The translations under genes and the position numbers were made by a program. From a virus (Duplodnaviria > Caudoviricetes), in IMG/VR virus record IMGVR_UViG_3300024520_000267, positions 1 through 34,667 of that record: a stretch of DNA of 34,667 nucleotides; one strand, written 5' to 3'. Shown here one piece after another: positions 8,592 through 18,796 of this stretch; positions within the stretch are counted from its first letter, which is position 1; each line of letters opens with the position of its first letter. Under the pieces are notes generated by a model. It did no database searches. It was not told the DNA's origin and saw nothing but the letters and a program-made list of their open reading frames with translations.

Positions 8592-8809
8592 TGATTAATC
8601 ACAAAAAAACAATACCTAATTACATTGAAGCGACAAGCCCGAGAGGGCTTCGTCGTCTCATGTTTGATACGAACGTAAAAGCAAAATCAATGCACCAATA
8701 CTTCGATATCCAAACTCATGTTAATCGTAGAGGGAAAACTCTATGGATTGCATGGTACTACGCAGAAATGAAACCACAAGATTTAGAAACCTTAACTAAG
8801 GAAGACTAA
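8591..8809 (+). CDS. hypothetical protein
   Basis: GTG start overlaps the capsid TAG. Confidence 0.65.
   Translation: MINHKKTIPNYIEATSPRGLRRLMFDTNVKAKSMHQYFDIQTHVNRRGKTLWIAWYYAEMKPQDLETLTKED
8630..8656 (+). terminator. GNRA-capped hairpin after the capsid gene (terminator or stabiliser)
   Basis: GCGAC-AAGCCC-GAGA-GGGCTT-C-GTCGT; no clear U tract. Confidence 0.45.
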
Positions 8810-9052
8810 ATGACAAAATATACAGTTAAAGGCTCTACGATAGGTAAAGAGCGTAATAAGTTTACTGGAGATTCTAGTAATAACGTAAGTGTTAGAACAA
8901 TATCACCAAACTCTGACGCATTTTTAGCGGCGACACTCACTCTCAAATTTTGGGAATGTACGGGAGTCGATTGCTCATCAATTAATTTCATAACACTAAA
9001 CGCAGGCGAACCCGTTATTAGTAACGAGGGCGCTTATATATTAGAGAGCTAG
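8810..9052 (+). CDS. hypothetical virion-associated protein
   Basis: AAGGA upstream; within the structural operon. Confidence 0.65.
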   Translation: MTKYTVKGSTIGKERNKFTGDSSNNVSVRTISPNSDAFLAATLTLKFWECTGVDCSSINFITLNAGEPVISNEGAYILES

Positions 9053-9055
9053 ATA

Positions 9056-11263
9056 ATGACAAAGATACACTCAACTATAACAGACACTGACGAAATACAT
9101 GTACCAAAAGGCTTTACAGAAGCAGGCGCGGACACGATACCCTCTAAGAATGTTGGTGGTGTATTAGAATGGATTAACAAAGATGAAGTTAGCGGACCTC
9201 AAGGACCGGCAGGACCGGCAGGCTCTCTCGCAACAATTACAGTAGTAGACGCAGCGGACCCAGTTGAACTCTCGACGATATCTGATTTAGATGTTGGTAT
9301 CGAAGTAATTGTTAGACAAGTATCGACAGGCGAAATTGACACTCAAACGCTTTATATCTACGATGCAGACGCAAGTAATTACCCTAAGATTGCACCTTAT
9401 ATAATGGCGACTTCAAAAGGTGGGGATACTGCTTGGGTAAGTGGCGTTGGTGCATACGAAATTTCTGGACCAATACAGACGTTAACTGGCGATAGATACA
9501 TGACGTCTAGCGAACAACACGCGGTCGCATTAAGTGATTCAACTGGTATCGTTAACGGTGGTGAAATAACTATCAATGGTGGTGATAATACAAAATTTGA
9601 TATCGCAGACGGTATCGGACATATAGTTGATAATCATACCGACCCAACTAATCCAGTAACGGCAGAGATTAAATGGACGGGATTAATAGCTCAAACAGAT
9701 GATTTACTTCTTACTAAGGTAAATACCTTTATCGGCATAGAAAAAGGCGCGCTCGACCCTACAGATGGAAAGTATTTTGGTGAAATAGTACAACAAGAAT
9801 TCGGCTTTAGTGATGAAGAACAAAGAGACATTATTAACATCGGGTTAACTACACATATTGGAATGACTGTCATTGAAGCAGTTACACAAACTTCTAGGTT
9901 CATTGCTTCACCATATAATCAACTGAATGATATGGCGGCTGCAATTGGTATTATTAATACTAGTGGAAATGTCTACTCTGCCAACGGAGCAAACCTATTA
10001 TTAAATAAATCGGGTGGAACTTCTTTCTCGATGGGTATTAACTACGGGGTTAACAAGAAGAACCCTAACGAATCAGCTAACGCAGCATCGGTCGCAGGTT
10101 CATTCTTTATGAATTATAGAGATGGATTGGGCGGTTTTACTATCGTTCCAAGTGTTTTCAATTTAGACGTGGGTAACTACGATGACGGGTCGGGAAGCTT
10201 GGCATCAGTCGCCAATAATCGATTCAGTATCTTTAGACTGTTTTATAGTCAATCAGGCGTCACGATTGCACACTATGGGCAAGCTTTATATACATCAATC
10301 GCAGCAGCAGAAGCAGCTCTTAATACAGAAGTTTTTGAAAAGAACCCTCAACTTAATACTATCCCGATAAGAGGATGGATTATTGCAAAAGGTAATGCGA
10401 CAGACTTAAGTGACTCAGCGAAAGCGCGTTTTATAAATGCAGGAAAGTTTGGAGAAGGTGCAAGTGGCGGAGCAACGTCGGCAACGACAACTCTTCAAGC
10501 CGCCTATAATAATTCTATAGAGCCAGAAATTAAAACGAACGTAACGAACGGTGCTTTAGTTGTTCAAGACGCGGACACTCCCACAGGACTTCCTTTATTT
10601 GAAGTTAAAGACTCAGCGGCAGCAAACACTTTGTTATGTGTTGATTCTGTTAGCGTGGGTATTAACGGAGTGTCGTCTACGGCGGTTTTAACTGTTCATG
10701 ATAACGGTACAAGTTTAAACCCTATTGTAAACATTGCTGCCGATGATGAAAACCCATGGGCGTTAGTTGTAAATAATGAAACTTATTCGGGAACGGATAC
10801 GCATGGTTTAAAGTTTTCGGTTGGTGATGATGGCAACTCTTTAATCTATGCAGCTGATAACGGTACACTTGCAGGGGAATTGAGGCTAGGAGTTGATAAC
10901 ACAAATAAAATAGTTGTTGATACAACTTCAACAAGAGTTGAAACGCAAGCATACGCATTAACTAATAACTTAGTTGACGGCGCTAACATCTCAACAGATT
11001 GTGCGCTATCAAACGTGCACGAGGTTATTCTCGCAGGCGACAGAGTTCTTGATAATCCAACTAATTTAAAGGATGGCTCAACTTATATATTCATTATTAA
11101 GCAAGATGCTACAGGTACAAGATTATTAACATACGGCACAGCATTTAAGTTTGTTGGCGGTGAAGTTCCAGTATTATCAACGGATGCTTTATCGGTCGAT
11201 ATCTTAACAGGAATAAGTGATGGGACAAATATTTATTGCTCTCTTGGGAATGGGTTCGCGTAA
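9056..11263 (+). CDS. fibre-like structural protein (possible head fibre)
   Basis: 735 aa, G/T/N-rich; short collagen stretch GPQGPAGPAG; C-terminal NPTNL..G.TY.FIIKQDATG.R...FKF.GG..P.LST module. Confidence 0.6.
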   Translation: MTKIHSTITDTDEIHVPKGFTEAGADTIPSKNVGGVLEWINKDEVSGPQGPAGPAGSLATITVVDAADPVELSTISDLDVGIEVIVRQVSTGEIDTQTLYIYDADASNYPKIAPYIMATSKGGDTAWVSGVGAYEISGPIQTLTGDRYMTSSEQHAVALSDSTGIVNGGEITINGGDNTKFDIADGIGHIVDNHTDPTNPVTAEIKWTGLIAQTDDLLLTKVNTFIGIEKGALDPTDGKYFGEIVQQEFGFSDEEQRDIINIGLTTHIGMTVIEAVTQTSRFIASPYNQLNDMAAAIGIINTSGNVYSANGANLLLNKSGGTSFSMGINYGVNKKNPNESANAASVAGSFFMNYRDGLGGFTIVPSVFNLDVGNYDDGSGSLASVANNRFSIFRLFYSQSGVTIAHYGQALYTSIAAAEAALNTEVFEKNPQLNTIPIRGWIIAKGNATDLSDSAKARFINAGKFGEGASGGATSATTTLQAAYNNSIEPEIKTNVTNGALVVQDADTPTGLPLFEVKDSAAANTLLCVDSVSVGINGVSSTAVLTVHDNGTSLNPIVNIAADDENPWALVVNNETYSGTDTHGLKFSVGDDGNSLIYAADNGTLAGELRLGVDNTNKIVVDTTSTRVETQAYALTNNLVDGANISTDCALSNVHEVILAGDRVLDNPTNLKDGSTYIFIIKQDATGTRLLTYGTAFKFVGGEVPVLSTDALSVDILTGISDGTNIYCSLGNGFA

Positions 11264-12672
11264 TGTTAACTTTCCCTTTCACATTGTTTGCTGCTGCTAA
11301 AAAGTTTGTTAACGAGTTCGCCACATATTTTAATGGGGTTGATGAATGGGTTAGATGTGGACCTAACTCTATTACAAATGACTTGTCTGTTTTTGCTTGG
11401 ATTAGAGTTCCGAGTAATAACTTAACTAGAACAATTGCCTCCAATTATCATAGTGGTATAGGTCAACGGGCGTGGTCTTTGAGTTTAAATGCTACCGGTA
11501 GTTTAAGATTAAGAATGTCGGAAAATGGTACTTCAGATGCGAAAACTTTAAACACTACCTCTTTTAATGTAGAAGATGGGGAATGGCATTTCGTAGGGTT
11601 TACATTCAACACTGCTAATCAGGCAGAGATATATGTTGATGGAGTTAAAGAGACTTCATATTCTGGTACCGACAATCCGATGACAAATATTCACAACTCG
11701 ACCACTGATTTCTCTATAGGAGCATTAAGAAATGGAAGTGAAAAAGGTTTAGGGCACATTGATGAGGTGACAGTGTGGAAAGATACTGTCTTAAGTGATA
11801 GCGAAATAACTAATCTTTATAATTCAGGGGTACCTACTAACCCTACTAAACTATCAACAAGCGCGACGCTTTCAAACTGGTATAGAATGGGAGATGCTGA
11901 CACAGCACCGACTATTGTAGATCACATCGGAGGCATTGACGGGACTATGATAAGTATGGATCAATCTAATTTTACTAGATTACCACTTGTCCCGAATCTC
12001 GGTGTTGATATGAATGGCGTAGATGAATACGTTAAGGTAAGTGACATATCCGGTGTACTTCCTGTTAATGATTTCACATTACACGGTTGGTTTAAGCTTA
12101 ATGCAGGGACTACTACAGATAACTTAATAAGTAAGTTCGGTTTTGCCGGTAGCTACAGCGTTCTAATTGCTCAACAATCTACAAATAAAATTCGAGTTTA
12201 CATGTCAACGGACGGCTCTGCTTTAATCTCTCATGATACACCTTCGACTTTCGCAAGAGGTGGGTGGCGACATGTTGCTTTAACATACGGTACAGCTGGA
12301 GAATTAAAGTTATACGTAGACGGAAACTTAGAGTTAAATCAAACAACGGCTTTCACAACTATGCACGTCGATAACGAAGCAGATTCTTGGAGAATCGGAG
12401 CGCAAGGTTCAAGCGGCGCAGGAGCTTCAAACTTCCTAGACGGTGTTGCAGGTTCATGTGCAATCTATAACAAAGAATTAAGTTTAGCAGAAGTACAAGA
12501 AATAAACGATGCTGGAAAATGGGGCGATACTCAATTACTGAGCACATCGGCAAGTTTGGTTTGGCTTATGAACGGCGGCGATAACTTTAGCGCAAACACG
12601 TTACCAGACGTTGTTGGTTCTAACACTATCGATACTGTAAATATGACAGCTTCTAATATGGTAGGTATCTAA
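11263..12672 (+). CDS. tandem LamG / concanavalin A-like lectin domain protein
   Basis: Two repeats: (F/M)NGVDE(W/Y)V; DGEWHFVGFTF / GGWRHVALTY; IYVDG / LYVDG; IGA. ATG 11263 overlaps the upstream TAA. Confidence 0.85.
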   Translation: MLTFPFTLFAAAKKFVNEFATYFNGVDEWVRCGPNSITNDLSVFAWIRVPSNNLTRTIASNYHSGIGQRAWSLSLNATGSLRLRMSENGTSDAKTLNTTSFNVEDGEWHFVGFTFNTANQAEIYVDGVKETSYSGTDNPMTNIHNSTTDFSIGALRNGSEKGLGHIDEVTVWKDTVLSDSEITNLYNSGVPTNPTKLSTSATLSNWYRMGDADTAPTIVDHIGGIDGTMISMDQSNFTRLPLVPNLGVDMNGVDEYVKVSDISGVLPVNDFTLHGWFKLNAGTTTDNLISKFGFAGSYSVLIAQQSTNKIRVYMSTDGSALISHDTPSTFARGGWRHVALTYGTAGELKLYVDGNLELNQTTAFTTMHVDNEADSWRIGAQGSSGAGASNFLDGVAGSCAIYNKELSLAEVQEINDAGKWGDTQLLSTSASLVWLMNGGDNFSANTLPDVVGSNTIDTVNMTASNMVGI

Positions 12673-13307
12673 TGGAAAGATGGATAGTAATTAATAATCA
12701 TGAGCTAATAGAAGAGTATTATGGGGACTATACGCCTCAAGTCTTGAATGACGAGCAACATATATTAAGGCTTCCGACGGGAGCTAAGTATGAGAAGCAT
12801 TATCGAGGGTATCTGAAGTTTAATAAAGAAGAAATGATTCTTCTGCAAGAGTCGGGCGAAACAACTAATAATAAGTTCGGAAAACCTGTTCACTCATACC
12901 CGAATGCGTTTGCATCAAAGAGAACAAAAGAAGGTTTTAATCTCTTTAAAAGAGTTCATGGGCTACCATGTAAAGAAATAGCAATGGGAGAAGTTGTAAC
13001 CTTCGATCTAGAGGTCCCGTATGAGTGGACTAAAATGCAAGCGATTGAGCTTATAGGTGCTAAAGAGTGCATTACAGTTAGCTTGTCTGTATTAGATAAT
13101 CAATATGGTACATTCTCGACAATTCCTTATATGAATCTTAATCAGTTCGGTTACGACGTTAATGTTTCTCCAGACTTTTACCGTTTTTCATCGAACTATG
13201 ACGCAAACGTGTACAAGACAATGATTATTAGAGTCGAAGTAACTAACTCAAGCTCAGTAATTAGCACAATCGGGGTTAACGTTGAGCTAAACGAAGTTCA
13301 AAAGTAA
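12672..13307 (+). CDS. hypothetical structural protein
   Basis: 211 aa; coupled by TAATG; beta-rich C-terminus. Confidence 0.7.
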   Translation: MERWIVINNHELIEEYYGDYTPQVLNDEQHILRLPTGAKYEKHYRGYLKFNKEEMILLQESGETTNNKFGKPVHSYPNAFASKRTKEGFNLFKRVHGLPCKEIAMGEVVTFDLEVPYEWTKMQAIELIGAKECITVSLSVLDNQYGTFSTIPYMNLNQFGYDVNVSPDFYRFSSNYDANVYKTMIIRVEVTNSSSVISTIGVNVELNEVQK

Positions 13308-13347
13308 CTAAAACGAATGATTAACATATCTTAACAAAGGCTTATAC

Positions 13348-13599
13348 ATGAACAAGTGGAAAAACATCACTATATACGTAACAATTTTAGCGGTAGCCAT
13401 TCTTATTGGTTACGACTTCGTAGCAATCGCAAAAGGCGGAACCGAAGCGAGCATTTCACATCTCGTTAAGGTCTGGGGACATAAATATCCTATTATACCG
13501 TTTGTTGTAGGTGTTTTAATAGGTCATTTCTGGTGGAGCGTTAAACCAACGAAAGACCTAGAAGAAATCGAGCGCATGGTCAAAAAATTGGACGAATAG
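13348..13599 (+). CDS. two-TM membrane protein, holin candidate
   Basis: Two hydrophobic segments and a charged C-terminal tail. Confidence 0.5.
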   Translation: MNKWKNITIYVTILAVAILIGYDFVAIAKGGTEASISHLVKVWGHKYPIIPFVVGVLIGHFWWSVKPTKDLEEIERMVKKLDE

Positions 13600-13637
13600 C
13601 CCGATTCTATGGATAATAAATAAGACAGGGAAAATGA

Positions 13638-14330
13638 ATGATTTTTATAAAGATACTCACAGAGAAAGTGGTTCAAGAAAATGATAAAACACGAATTGAT
13701 GTATCTAGTACGTTCGCTAGTGGTGTTACAAGCGGTATTCTATCTTATGAGATCGAGCCTTATACTGGACATGGATACATTGATGTTACTTCTGATAAGT
13801 ATCTCGATTGGGCGTATAGTGCAAGTGGCGATCAAATTATTTCTGTCAAAATAACAGAAGTAGACCTTACCGAACACGACCTAACGTCAACACTTACAAT
13901 TAAAACAATCGCAGAAGATAATCTCTTCTCGGAAGATACGGATATTTCTCCATACGAGCCTAATTTACATAACTGGGTACAAGAGGGAAGAAATAGTTTT
14001 CTTGATAAGCATAGAACAGCACAAATCGACATACTAAATGATCTTGATGCTGCTAGAATATGGAAGAATGACGGGACTAGATACGAAGCTTCTGACATTG
14101 TAGACATACAAGAGTTTAAAGAGTGGAGTAAATTTCTAACTCTTAAGATTATATTCGAAGGTATTTCAAACGATATCGGAGATGTGTTTTCTGTTAAAGC
14201 TACAAAGTACGACACGCTAGCAGTTAACGCTAAGAAACGAGCAACACTCCGACTTGATCCAAACGCAGACGGTGTAAATACTATCTCGGAAAACGTTGAT
14301 AACTTTACAGGTGAGTTGGTTCGCGGATGA
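13638..14330 (+). CDS. head-tail adaptor with an extra N-terminal beta (Ig/PKD-like) domain
   Basis: Synteny; helical C-terminal half ending LRLD.N.DG. Confidence 0.55.
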   Translation: MIFIKILTEKVVQENDKTRIDVSSTFASGVTSGILSYEIEPYTGHGYIDVTSDKYLDWAYSASGDQIISVKITEVDLTEHDLTSTLTIKTIAEDNLFSEDTDISPYEPNLHNWVQEGRNSFLDKHRTAQIDILNDLDAARIWKNDGTRYEASDIVDIQEFKEWSKFLTLKIIFEGISNDIGDVFSVKATKYDTLAVNAKKRATLRLDPNADGVNTISENVDNFTGELVRG

Positions 14331-14767
14331 TATACAGTAAAGTACGCACATATTTAAAAGCAAGAATAGCGGCAGTAGATAGTGACTTCAAAGAACACAA
14401 AGACGCGTTCAATGACGACAATATCGCAAAGACCGGCTTTAATAAGGCTTATCATATTCTTTATAGTGTGCCGTCGATATCTAAAAGCGATTATCTTATA
14501 GATTCTGAAATAGAAGTTATCGTTAAGTTTTTCTTTAGAGGATATAGAGACACGCAAGCGGCGCTTGACGACTCAATGGACTTAGTTAATTCAGTAGCTC
14601 TTGACTGCGGAAGTCTCGAAAACTTATCAGCATTTAGAGTGACTGACGATTTTCCTATTCAGTATTGTAACCCTACCGGACAAGTGCCGGAACCTTTAGA
14701 GAATAACGACAATTCAATAATAGTAACATTAAACTTAAACATGAGTGTACTTCAAACACTCTGTTAA
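14327..14767 (+). CDS. tail terminator/completion protein
   Basis: 146 aa, directly before the tail tube; ATGA overlap. Confidence 0.55.
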   Translation: MIYSKVRTYLKARIAAVDSDFKEHKDAFNDDNIAKTGFNKAYHILYSVPSISKSDYLIDSEIEVIVKFFFRGYRDTQAALDDSMDLVNSVALDCGSLENLSAFRVTDDFPIQYCNPTGQVPEPLENNDNSIIVTLNLNMSVLQTLC

Positions 14768-14791
14768 TAATAAAACAACAAGGAAGTTAAA

Positions 14792-15688
14792 ATGGCATGT
14801 GTAACAAAAACGACCGAAATCGTATTAGAGGCTTCTTCTGCGACTTTCGGTAAAGAACAAAGAGAATGTGTAACTCCAATACTAGGACTAACAGGCGGAG
14901 AATCTTTTCATATCTCTAACGTAGATACTGATTTCTATGTATGGTTTACAGTAAACGCAGTTGGTGTTGATCCGGCTCCGGCAGGAAAGACAGCTATCGA
15001 AGTTGATCTTCCTACAGGATATACAGTTGCTCAGGCAATCGCATTAATTAAAACAGAAGTAGAAACTGCTAAAGCATTTTATGGGCGTCTATGTCCTGAT
15101 AATACTTGTGTAGTTTTAGAAAGTTATAGAATAGGTGCGTCTTTGAGTGTTCTTGCTGACGTTGATACTGGTTTCACTTTTGAAGAAGTCACGACAGGTT
15201 TAACGGAAGCTCTTGGAAAGACTAAAGAGGGTATCACAGTAAACTTTGAAGCGACTACGTTCGATGTAAAATCAAACCAAACGGGTGAGCTACTTTTAGA
15301 TCAGATAATTCAAGGTACTTCTGCAAACATGGAAATGAGTCTCTTAGAAGTTTCTAAATCTAAACTTGAAACTATTCTAGCAGAAGGTTACGGAGACAAG
15401 TATACTCCGGCAGCAGGTACGACTCTTGTTGGTTTCGGTACTACTAAGAACTTTAAATCTTCTTTTGAGAGTGCAGGGCGTGTTGTTCTTCATCCTCTAA
15501 GATTAGACGCCTCGGATAGAACGGAAGACGTTACTTTTTGGAAAACGTTACCTATGCCTAGCTCAATTAACTATGACGGTTCGGACACAAAAGCGTTATC
15601 TATTACTTTCAACGCTCTAGTTGACGAGAATAGACCGTCAGAGATTAGTGTGTTTGCAGTAGGCGATTCGGCACAATATTTAGCATAA
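14792..15688 (+). CDS. major tail tube protein
   Basis: LGKTKEGITVNFE...QTG...LVGFG...VLHP...ITFNAL pattern; precedes chaperones and tape measure. Confidence 0.8.
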   Translation: MACVTKTTEIVLEASSATFGKEQRECVTPILGLTGGESFHISNVDTDFYVWFTVNAVGVDPAPAGKTAIEVDLPTGYTVAQAIALIKTEVETAKAFYGRLCPDNTCVVLESYRIGASLSVLADVDTGFTFEEVTTGLTEALGKTKEGITVNFEATTFDVKSNQTGELLLDQIIQGTSANMEMSLLEVSKSKLETILAEGYGDKYTPAAGTTLVGFGTTKNFKSSFESAGRVVLHPLRLDASDRTEDVTFWKTLPMPSSINYDGSDTKALSITFNALVDENRPSEISVFAVGDSAQYLA

Positions 15689-15696
15689 TTAACAAC

Positions 15697-15712
15697 GCCC
15701 TCGAAAGGGGGC
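15697..15712 (+). terminator. GNRA hairpin after the tail tube gene
   Basis: GCCCTC-GAAA-GGGGGC followed by TTATCT. Confidence 0.55.
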
Positions 15713-15718
15713 TTATCT

Positions 15719-15985
15719 ATGGAGATGGATATGGACATGATATTTGAAAGAACGATTTATAAGTTAGTTATTTACGGAACGGAAGTAAAGTTTCGTGCGC
15801 CGATTGTGAAAGAATACAAGGCTTTAATAAAGAAAATGGAAAAGGGTGACAAGAGTGAGTTCGATTTAATGTCGGAATTTTTAGTGTCGCTTGGTATGGA
15901 CAAAAAAGTAATTGAAGAACTTGAAGCATCACACTTAAACGAAATTATCGTCATGATAACTAAAGGTGAATCGGGAAAAAAGTAG
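15719..15985 (+). CDS. tail assembly chaperone (lambda gpG-like)
   Basis: Between tail tube and tape measure; ends G-K-K on a slippery sequence. Confidence 0.8.
   Translation: MEMDMDMIFERTIYKLVIYGTEVKFRAPIVKEYKALIKKMEKGDKSEFDLMSEFLVSLGMDKKVIEELEASHLNEIIVMITKGESGKK
15973..15982 (+). other. programmed -1 frameshift site
   Basis: G GGA AAA AAG just before TAG; the -1 frame is open to 16269. Confidence 0.85.
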
Positions 15986-16269
15986 ACGAGGACATTTTAA
16001 GTTTCGCACAGGTAAGTAGATTCTACGGGTTTACTTACGATTACATTCTGACAATGTCGCTTGATATTTTCAGAGAGTACCAAAAGGCGATTAAAGTCCT
16101 CAAAAGCGAAGAGTATCTAAACCAAATACAAGTAAGCACATATCCTCATATTAAAAACAAAGAGGACAGAGACAAGATTAGAAAATCATATACACAGCAT
16201 AGTGGTACAAAAGCAGTTACTGGTATCGAGATGGCAAGGAAACTAGCAGGATGGCAAACGAAAAAGTAA
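15979..16269 (+). CDS. gpT-like frameshift extension of the tail chaperone
   Basis: -1 frame reads KVDEDILSFAQVSRFYGFTYDYILTMSLDIF..., continuous with ORF 16054-16269. Confidence 0.8.
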   Translation, partial: KVDEDILSFAQVSRFYGFTYDYILTMSLDIFREYQKAIKVLKSEEYLNQIQVSTYPHIKNKEDRDKIRKSYTQHSGTKAVTGIEMARKLAGWQTKK

Positions 16270-18005
16270 TAATCGAACTAGATTTAATTCTTAATAAAGG
16301 CTCGGTAAGAAAGACTACCGCCGACATTCCTAAAAAGTTTGGGGGTGCCGGTGTCGCTTCTGGTAACGCTTTTTCAAAAGGCTTCTCGATAGGCTTGGGT
16401 AAAGTAAAAGGTTCCGTTAGCAGTGCGCTCGGCGGATTAAAGAGTCAATTTATTGCGTTCGGCGCAGTAGTAGCAGCAGGGTTTAGTTTTAAAGCGGCTA
16501 TAAATGGCGCGGCAGAAATGGAAAATTCTTTTAAAGGACTTGCCTCAGTTTCGGCAGCGTTCGGCTCCGATCTTGATCTTCTAAAAGAAAAGGCGAAAGA
16601 ATTTAGTGCCGACGGTGTTATTCCGCTAGCAGAAGTAACTACGTCCTTTAAAACACTACTAGCAAATTTTAATGGAGACGCAAAGAAAACAGTCGACGTG
16701 TTTCTAGCATTAAGAGATGCGGCAGCGTTTAACCGTCAAGGGACTTTGTCATTAGGTGAAGCAATTGTCGGAGCGTCGGAAGGTTTAAAAAACGATCTTT
16801 CAATCAAAGTCGATAACGCCGGTATAACTAAAAACTTAAGTATATTACAAAAGGAATACGCGGAATCTATAGGTAAGACAGTCGGAAAATTAACCGCTGC
16901 AGAAAAGGTTCAGGCGGAATATGTTGGAATCTTAAAAGAGGGTTCGATATTTCAAGGAGACTATAATAAAAGTCTCGACACTTTTTCAGGTTCACTTGAT
17001 AAGGTTAGCGGTTCATTTAAGTTTCTACTTGCGGAACTTGGTAAGTTCGCGACGCAATCGAGTACGGTTCGCAGTATTTTAGACGGTCTATCGTCGGGGT
17101 TTAACGGTATAAGAATACGGTTAAGACAGTTTCGAGAAGAGACAAAAACGGATGAAATTAAAACAATTACGGCAGAGATAGAACGTCTTGGCGAGGTCGT
17201 TGCGACAAGTAAGCAGCAAATCGAAGCTAGTAAAGGTGGGCGCATATTCGAGAGTTACTTCGGAAAAAGAGGGAAACTCGAAGAGGATATAGAAGACTCA
17301 CTAGGGAAAATACAAATGTTTCAAGAACGTCTTGCGGAGTTAACCGGCGCGGATGAAGAAACAACAAGACCTTCAATTATCCCACCGTTAACCTCTCCAG
17401 AGGCTCAAGAAGAGGTCGACACTACTTTAGACATGTTCAATAGTCTACAAGCCGGTTTTGACAATACCGCGAAAACAATGGCAAATACCTCTAAAAAACT
17501 GGCGTCTACAATAAAAGGTGCTTTAGTTAAAGGTATCGTCGGCGGAGTTCAAAACATCGTTAACTCTCTTATGAACGGGGAAAACGCTTTTAAGAACTTT
17601 GGTAAGTTCGTTCTTGGAATGATGGGAGAAATGGCGACTCAAATTGGTACTGTTTTAATTGGTGCAGGGCTTGGTGTCGAGGCTCTAAAGGTTACGGGCG
17701 GCGGCGCGGCGATTGCGGCAGGGATAGGTTTAGTCGCAGTTGGAGCGGTTATAAGTAATTTAGCAGGCGGCGGTGGTGCCACGGGCGGCGGTTCTTTCTC
17801 GGACGGCGGCGGTAGTACCCTAGTTAGTGACACGGGCGTAATTGATGAAGATGAGCCGGAGTTAAAAGAGGAAAAACTAGGCGTTACGGTAAACATAACC
17901 GGCGACATACTAGACTCTAATGAGACAGGTTCCAGAATCGTACAACTTATTAATGACTCAGTAGACGGCGAAGGTGTAACTATTAGACGTAATGCGATTG
18001 CATAG
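16251..18005 (+). CDS. tape measure protein
   Basis: 584 aa, Ala/Gly-rich helical; VDNAGITKN motif; hydrophobic C-terminal segments. Confidence 0.9.
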   Translation: MANEKVIIELDLILNKGSVRKTTADIPKKFGGAGVASGNAFSKGFSIGLGKVKGSVSSALGGLKSQFIAFGAVVAAGFSFKAAINGAAEMENSFKGLASVSAAFGSDLDLLKEKAKEFSADGVIPLAEVTTSFKTLLANFNGDAKKTVDVFLALRDAAAFNRQGTLSLGEAIVGASEGLKNDLSIKVDNAGITKNLSILQKEYAESIGKTVGKLTAAEKVQAEYVGILKEGSIFQGDYNKSLDTFSGSLDKVSGSFKFLLAELGKFATQSSTVRSILDGLSSGFNGIRIRLRQFREETKTDEIKTITAEIERLGEVVATSKQQIEASKGGRIFESYFGKRGKLEEDIEDSLGKIQMFQERLAELTGADEETTRPSIIPPLTSPEAQEEVDTTLDMFNSLQAGFDNTAKTMANTSKKLASTIKGALVKGIVGGVQNIVNSLMNGENAFKNFGKFVLGMMGEMATQIGTVLIGAGLGVEALKVTGGGAAIAAGIGLVAVGAVISNLAGGGGATGGGSFSDGGGSTLVSDTGVIDEDEPELKEEKLGVTVNITGDILDSNETGSRIVQLINDSVDGEGVTIRRNAIA

Positions 18006-18034
18006 ATTAGAATAGAGTATCAAGGAAATAATTA

Positions 18035-18796
18035 ATGTTAACTACAAGATCGGCTTTTTATTACGGATATACAGTTGACGCAACGTCAAACACAATAAGA
18101 ATGAACGAAGGAAGTGGCGACATTGACGTCACTTTACCTTCTGGAAAATACACACTAACAGACTATATAAATGCGGTTAGTATCGCTATAAACGCGGCAT
18201 TAACTCAAGACTATACAATAGCAGTAGACCGAGTCACGAGGCTTGTCACAATATCGGCACCTTTAGACTTTGAGCTTAAGATTGCCGACATATTCCCTCT
18301 TAATAGTGGGTACCCGATTATGGGCTTCACTGTCTTATCGAATCTTTCTGGTTCAAACGCGTACACGTCCGATTCGGCTAGCGGCTCGATCTACTTACCT
18401 CAATTCTTTTTACAAAGGTACGTAGACTTTGAAGACTGGAAAGAGTTTATCGACGGTTCGGTAAAAGAGTCTGCCAACGGATTAGAAGAAATCGTCTCGT
18501 TTGGTCTTAAGCAGTTTATGGAGTTTGATATCAAGTTCATAACAGACAGAGAAATGGGCTTTGATGCTCCAATAGAAAACAATAATACAGCGATACAAGA
18601 TACGCGCGACTTTATGGATTACTTAACCGCGAAAGGCGATCTAGAGTTTATGAAAGATAGAGACGATAGAAACTCTTTTTTAGAGTGTCGCCTCGAAAGA
18701 ACGTCGAGCAGTAGTAAAGGTATCGGATACAAGTTAAAAGAGCCGCGCTTTGACGGTTACTTCGAAACAGGAAAACTTAAATTTAGGAAGATATAA
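18035..18796 (+). CDS. distal tail (Dit-like) protein
   Basis: Position right after the tape measure gene; size. Confidence 0.55.
   Translation: MLTTRSAFYYGYTVDATSNTIRMNEGSGDIDVTLPSGKYTLTDYINAVSIAINAALTQDYTIAVDRVTRLVTISAPLDFELKIADIFPLNSGYPIMGFTVLSNLSGSNAYTSDSASGSIYLPQFFLQRYVDFEDWKEFIDGSVKESANGLEEIVSFGLKQFMEFDIKFITDREMGFDAPIENNNTAIQDTRDFMDYLTAKGDLEFMKDRDDRNSFLECRLERTSSSSKGIGYKLKEPRFDGYFETGKLKFRKI

Noticed and set aside
8591-11263. Three consecutive ORFs in one frame separated by single stops (possible readthrough fusion)
   Set aside because: Each has its own start codon, there are no matched codons around the stops, and no motif is split across a junction.
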